The notes under the pieces: model-generated
The model's input: the letters and a program-made list of their open reading frames with translations, nothing else
Database searches by the model: none
What the model was told of the DNA's origin: nothing
Shown: positions 44,992-46,976 of the stretch, piece after piece
Position numbering within the stretch: position 1 is the first letter of the stretch
Layout of the letters: the number at the start of each line of letters is the position of its first letter
Position numbers and translations under genes: made by a program
Source of the DNA: a virus
Taxonomy: Duplodnaviria > Caudoviricetes
IMG/VR virus record: IMGVR_UViG_3300036779_000030
Location: 1-46,976 of that record
Strand: one strand, 5' to 3'
Length of the DNA: 46,976 nucleotides

Positions 44992-45825
44992 CTACCTGTG
45001 GTGAGCAACTTCCGGCGGGGGAGTGGTGGCGGTCTCGGCTGACGGGATCCAGCACCATGTCATCAGCCCGAACGGCCCAGGCCCTGGCGGTACCGAAACC
45101 AGAACCCACTTGCCAGGCAGGCCCTGCTCCGGATAGTCCGGCTCATAATCCGGATGCGTGATCGCGAGCGGCCACGGGATGAACCCGTGAACAACCGCTT
45201 CGGAATCGGGATCTTCCACGAATGCCCAGTTACCGGCATTCAGGTCTGGAAGTTCCGGGTGATCCGGCAGGTCACTCGGATCCAAAGTTGGCAGCCCCGG
45301 CTGCGGTTGCGGCGGCGTGACATCGACCCACGGAGGTGCGCCGCCCCAGATTCCGGGAGGTGGACCGCCGGGCGCGATTGGGTGCGCCGGGTATCCTGGC
45401 CCGGGCCATACAGACGGCGGCACCGGAAGCCCTTGGTCCGGACGGCCAGGTCCAGGCCATACTGAAGGAGGTGGACCGCCGGGCGCGATGGGATGAGTTG
45501 GGGCGCCAGGACCGGGCCAAACTCCTGGAGGCGGCCCTCCCGGCGCAATCGGGTGTGCCGGATAGCCGGGATCTGGCCAAACACCGACCGGCGGTTGCGG
45601 ATAGTAGATCGGCGGCGTCGGAACACCAGGCCCCGGCCATACTGATGGTGGCGAACCACCAGGAGCGATCGGATGTGCCGGGTAACCTGGACCGGGCCAG
45701 ATACCTACCGGCGGCTGAGGTGGAGTGGGCCACACTTCTGGTGGATAGTAGATTGGCGGAGTAGGCACTCCACCGCCGGGCAAATCAGGAACCCACGCTT
45801 CAACTAGTACATACCGCCTAGCCAT
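44992..45825 (-). CDS. Pro/Gly-rich repeat protein (start at MARRYVL)
   Basis: AAAAGGAG RBS; six WP[GD]PG and four HPIAPGG units. Confidence 0.8.
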   Translation of the reverse strand: MARRYVLVEAWVPDLPGGGVPTPPIYYPPEVWPTPPQPPVGIWPGPGYPAHPIAPGGSPPSVWPGPGVPTPPIYYPQPPVGVWPDPGYPAHPIAPGGPPPGVWPGPGAPTHPIAPGGPPPSVWPGPGRPDQGLPVPPSVWPGPGYPAHPIAPGGPPPGIWGGAPPWVDVTPPQPQPGLPTLDPSDLPDHPELPDLNAGNWAFVEDPDSEAVVHGFIPWPLAITHPDYEPDYPEQGLPGKWVLVSVPPGPGPFGLMTWCWIPSAETATTPPPEVAHHR

Positions 45826-45854
45826 TACTCTCCTTTTTAATCGTTGGGTTGACC

Positions 45855-45894
45855 TGTACGTGGCTGTCGACACGGACAACGACAGCCACGTACA
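45855..45894 (-). terminator. 15-bp perfect inverted repeat after the capsid gene
   Basis: TGTACGTGGCTGTCG / CGACAGCCACGTACA. Confidence 0.7.
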
Positions 45895-45900
45895 TGACAT

Positions 45901-46976
45901 CTACTCCTTGCTGGTTGAGCGCGCCGTCCGGCCGCGAGTGTGAGTGCCGCTATTGCCGCCAGCAGATTCCTCTTCCGCTTCGGCTTCCGCGTCGGTGGTG
46001 CCTGCGGTAACCCCAGCCTCCAGAAGCGTGCCGCCGGGATACGACTGGATGACGTTGATCGCGCCACCAGCAGGCGGGGCGGTGCCGACGCCGAGAACCG
46101 TGCCGAACGGCCACCGTGCGGTGATACCGACGCCAGGTTGCATGATGGTGACAGGGTTGACGGTCGCGTAGGCGAGACGCATGACCATGCGCATTGCCAC
46201 GGCGTCCTGCTGCATGAGGTTGAGGATGACCTTGCCGGTGTTGTCCGAGATGACGCCCTCGGTGAACATCTTGAAACTGATGTCCTGCCGGATTCCGATG
46301 ATCGCCTTGCTGAAGTCGCCAGCCAGCATAAGCGCTCCGGCAGTCGGGTTCTGCCAAGAACCATTGTTGACCTCGGCCATCTGGTACCCGTAGAGCTTGC
46401 CTCCCGGCGTGGCAGACATGTCCGACTGGAAGATGGGGATGCCCTGCGCCGACCGGATTCCGGCCAGCATCCAGCTCATACCCGGCATCGCAGCGAAGCC
46501 GCTGACCGTGTAGCCGGATTGCGCCATCTGCTGTCCCAGCTTGGTGACGTCCTGCCCAAGGTCAATACCGGTACCTTGGATCTCAAAGTGGCCGGACTTC
46601 GTTGCGCCCACGAAAACCGACTCACCCCAGGTAGTAGGCTTGTTGATGCCCCAGAGCACCGCCGAGTCGATCAACGCACCGACCGCCTCTGTGATGCGAG
46701 GCTGAACTTGCGACCACAACGGCACTTCCGCGTCGTCAAGATACGCAATCGGAATCGGCACGATACAGGCAAGTTCCTCGACAACCATGATGACGTTTTG
46801 CCACGCCATCTGGGAAGTCTGCTTGAGACCGGTGTCCCCGCCGACCCAATACGCTAGCGGCAGCACGTCCATGACGGGCATACGTTGCGTCTTGGATGAA
46901 AGAGTGGTCTTGTTCATGAGCGCGAGTGCGGCAGAGGCTTTGGGAGCCTCCTGGATAATCGCCGTAGCGAGAGGCT
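45901..46976 (-). CDS. Major capsid protein (HK97 fold), 5' end beyond the window
   Basis: Frame open to the window edge (PLATAIIQEAPKASAAL...); AYWVG, ELACIVPIP, GDFS, NLMQQDAVAMR. Confidence 0.92.
   Translation of the reverse strand, partial: PLATAIIQEAPKASAALALMNKTTLSSKTQRMPVMDVLPLAYWVGGDTGLKQTSQMAWQNVIMVVEELACIVPIPIAYLDDAEVPLWSQVQPRITEAVGALIDSAVLWGINKPTTWGESVFVGATKSGHFEIQGTGIDLGQDVTKLGQQMAQSGYTVSGFAAMPGMSWMLAGIRSAQGIPIFQSDMSATPGGKLYGYQMAEVNNGSWQNPTAGALMLAGDFSKAIIGIRQDISFKMFTEGVISDNTGKVILNLMQQDAVAMRMVMRLAYATVNPVTIMQPGVGITARWPFGTVLGVGTAPPAGGAINVIQSYPGGTLLEAGVTAGTTDAEAEAEEESAGGNSGTHTRGRTARSTSKE

Noticed and set aside
1-46976. tRNA genes, integrase/attP, primase, terminase and portal
   Set aside because: No cloverleaf or recognisable motifs seen; terminase and portal probably lie beyond the right edge, so lifestyle and genome ends cannot be determined here

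Overview
About 47 kb of a tailed (siphovirus-type) phage genome, most likely infecting an actinobacterium (leaderless promoters, split DnaE, actinophage-type tail and head-tail genes). No integrase, tRNA or CRISPR array is visible. Layout: a ~2.1 kb repeat-rich control region; a rightward arm (2.1-31.5 kb) of small early genes, helicases, a recombination module, a nucleotide/sugar-modification cluster and a split DnaE; and a leftward arm (31.7-47 kb) of lysis, tail and head genes, with the major capsid gene cut by the window edge. The main signal is not in the ORF track: the dinucleotide CA/TG is almost completely excluded from specific islands. By hand count, 731-1660 has 4 CA/TG in 930 bp and 908-1589 has none. 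These islands contain the promoters (-35 boxes read like TTGACA rewritten as T[A/C]GAC[T/G], 17-bp spacer, 13 candidates), several ribosome-binding sites (AGGCGA in place of AGGTGA) and a complete hidden gene (777-1163, minus strand). That gene has its own promoter and terminator, keeps CA/TG only in its single Met, Trp and Gln codons, and appears to start at ATC. A CA-saturated block lies directly beside the large island. Together with the ThyX-like, MazG-like, HAD, FAD-oxidoreductase, SDR, methyltransferase and glycosyltransferase genes, this suggests (inference) a TpG/CpA-specific bulky DNA hypermodification, with the genome recoded so that promoters and one pioneer gene stay unmodified. 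All counts and family calls were made by eye, without database searches.
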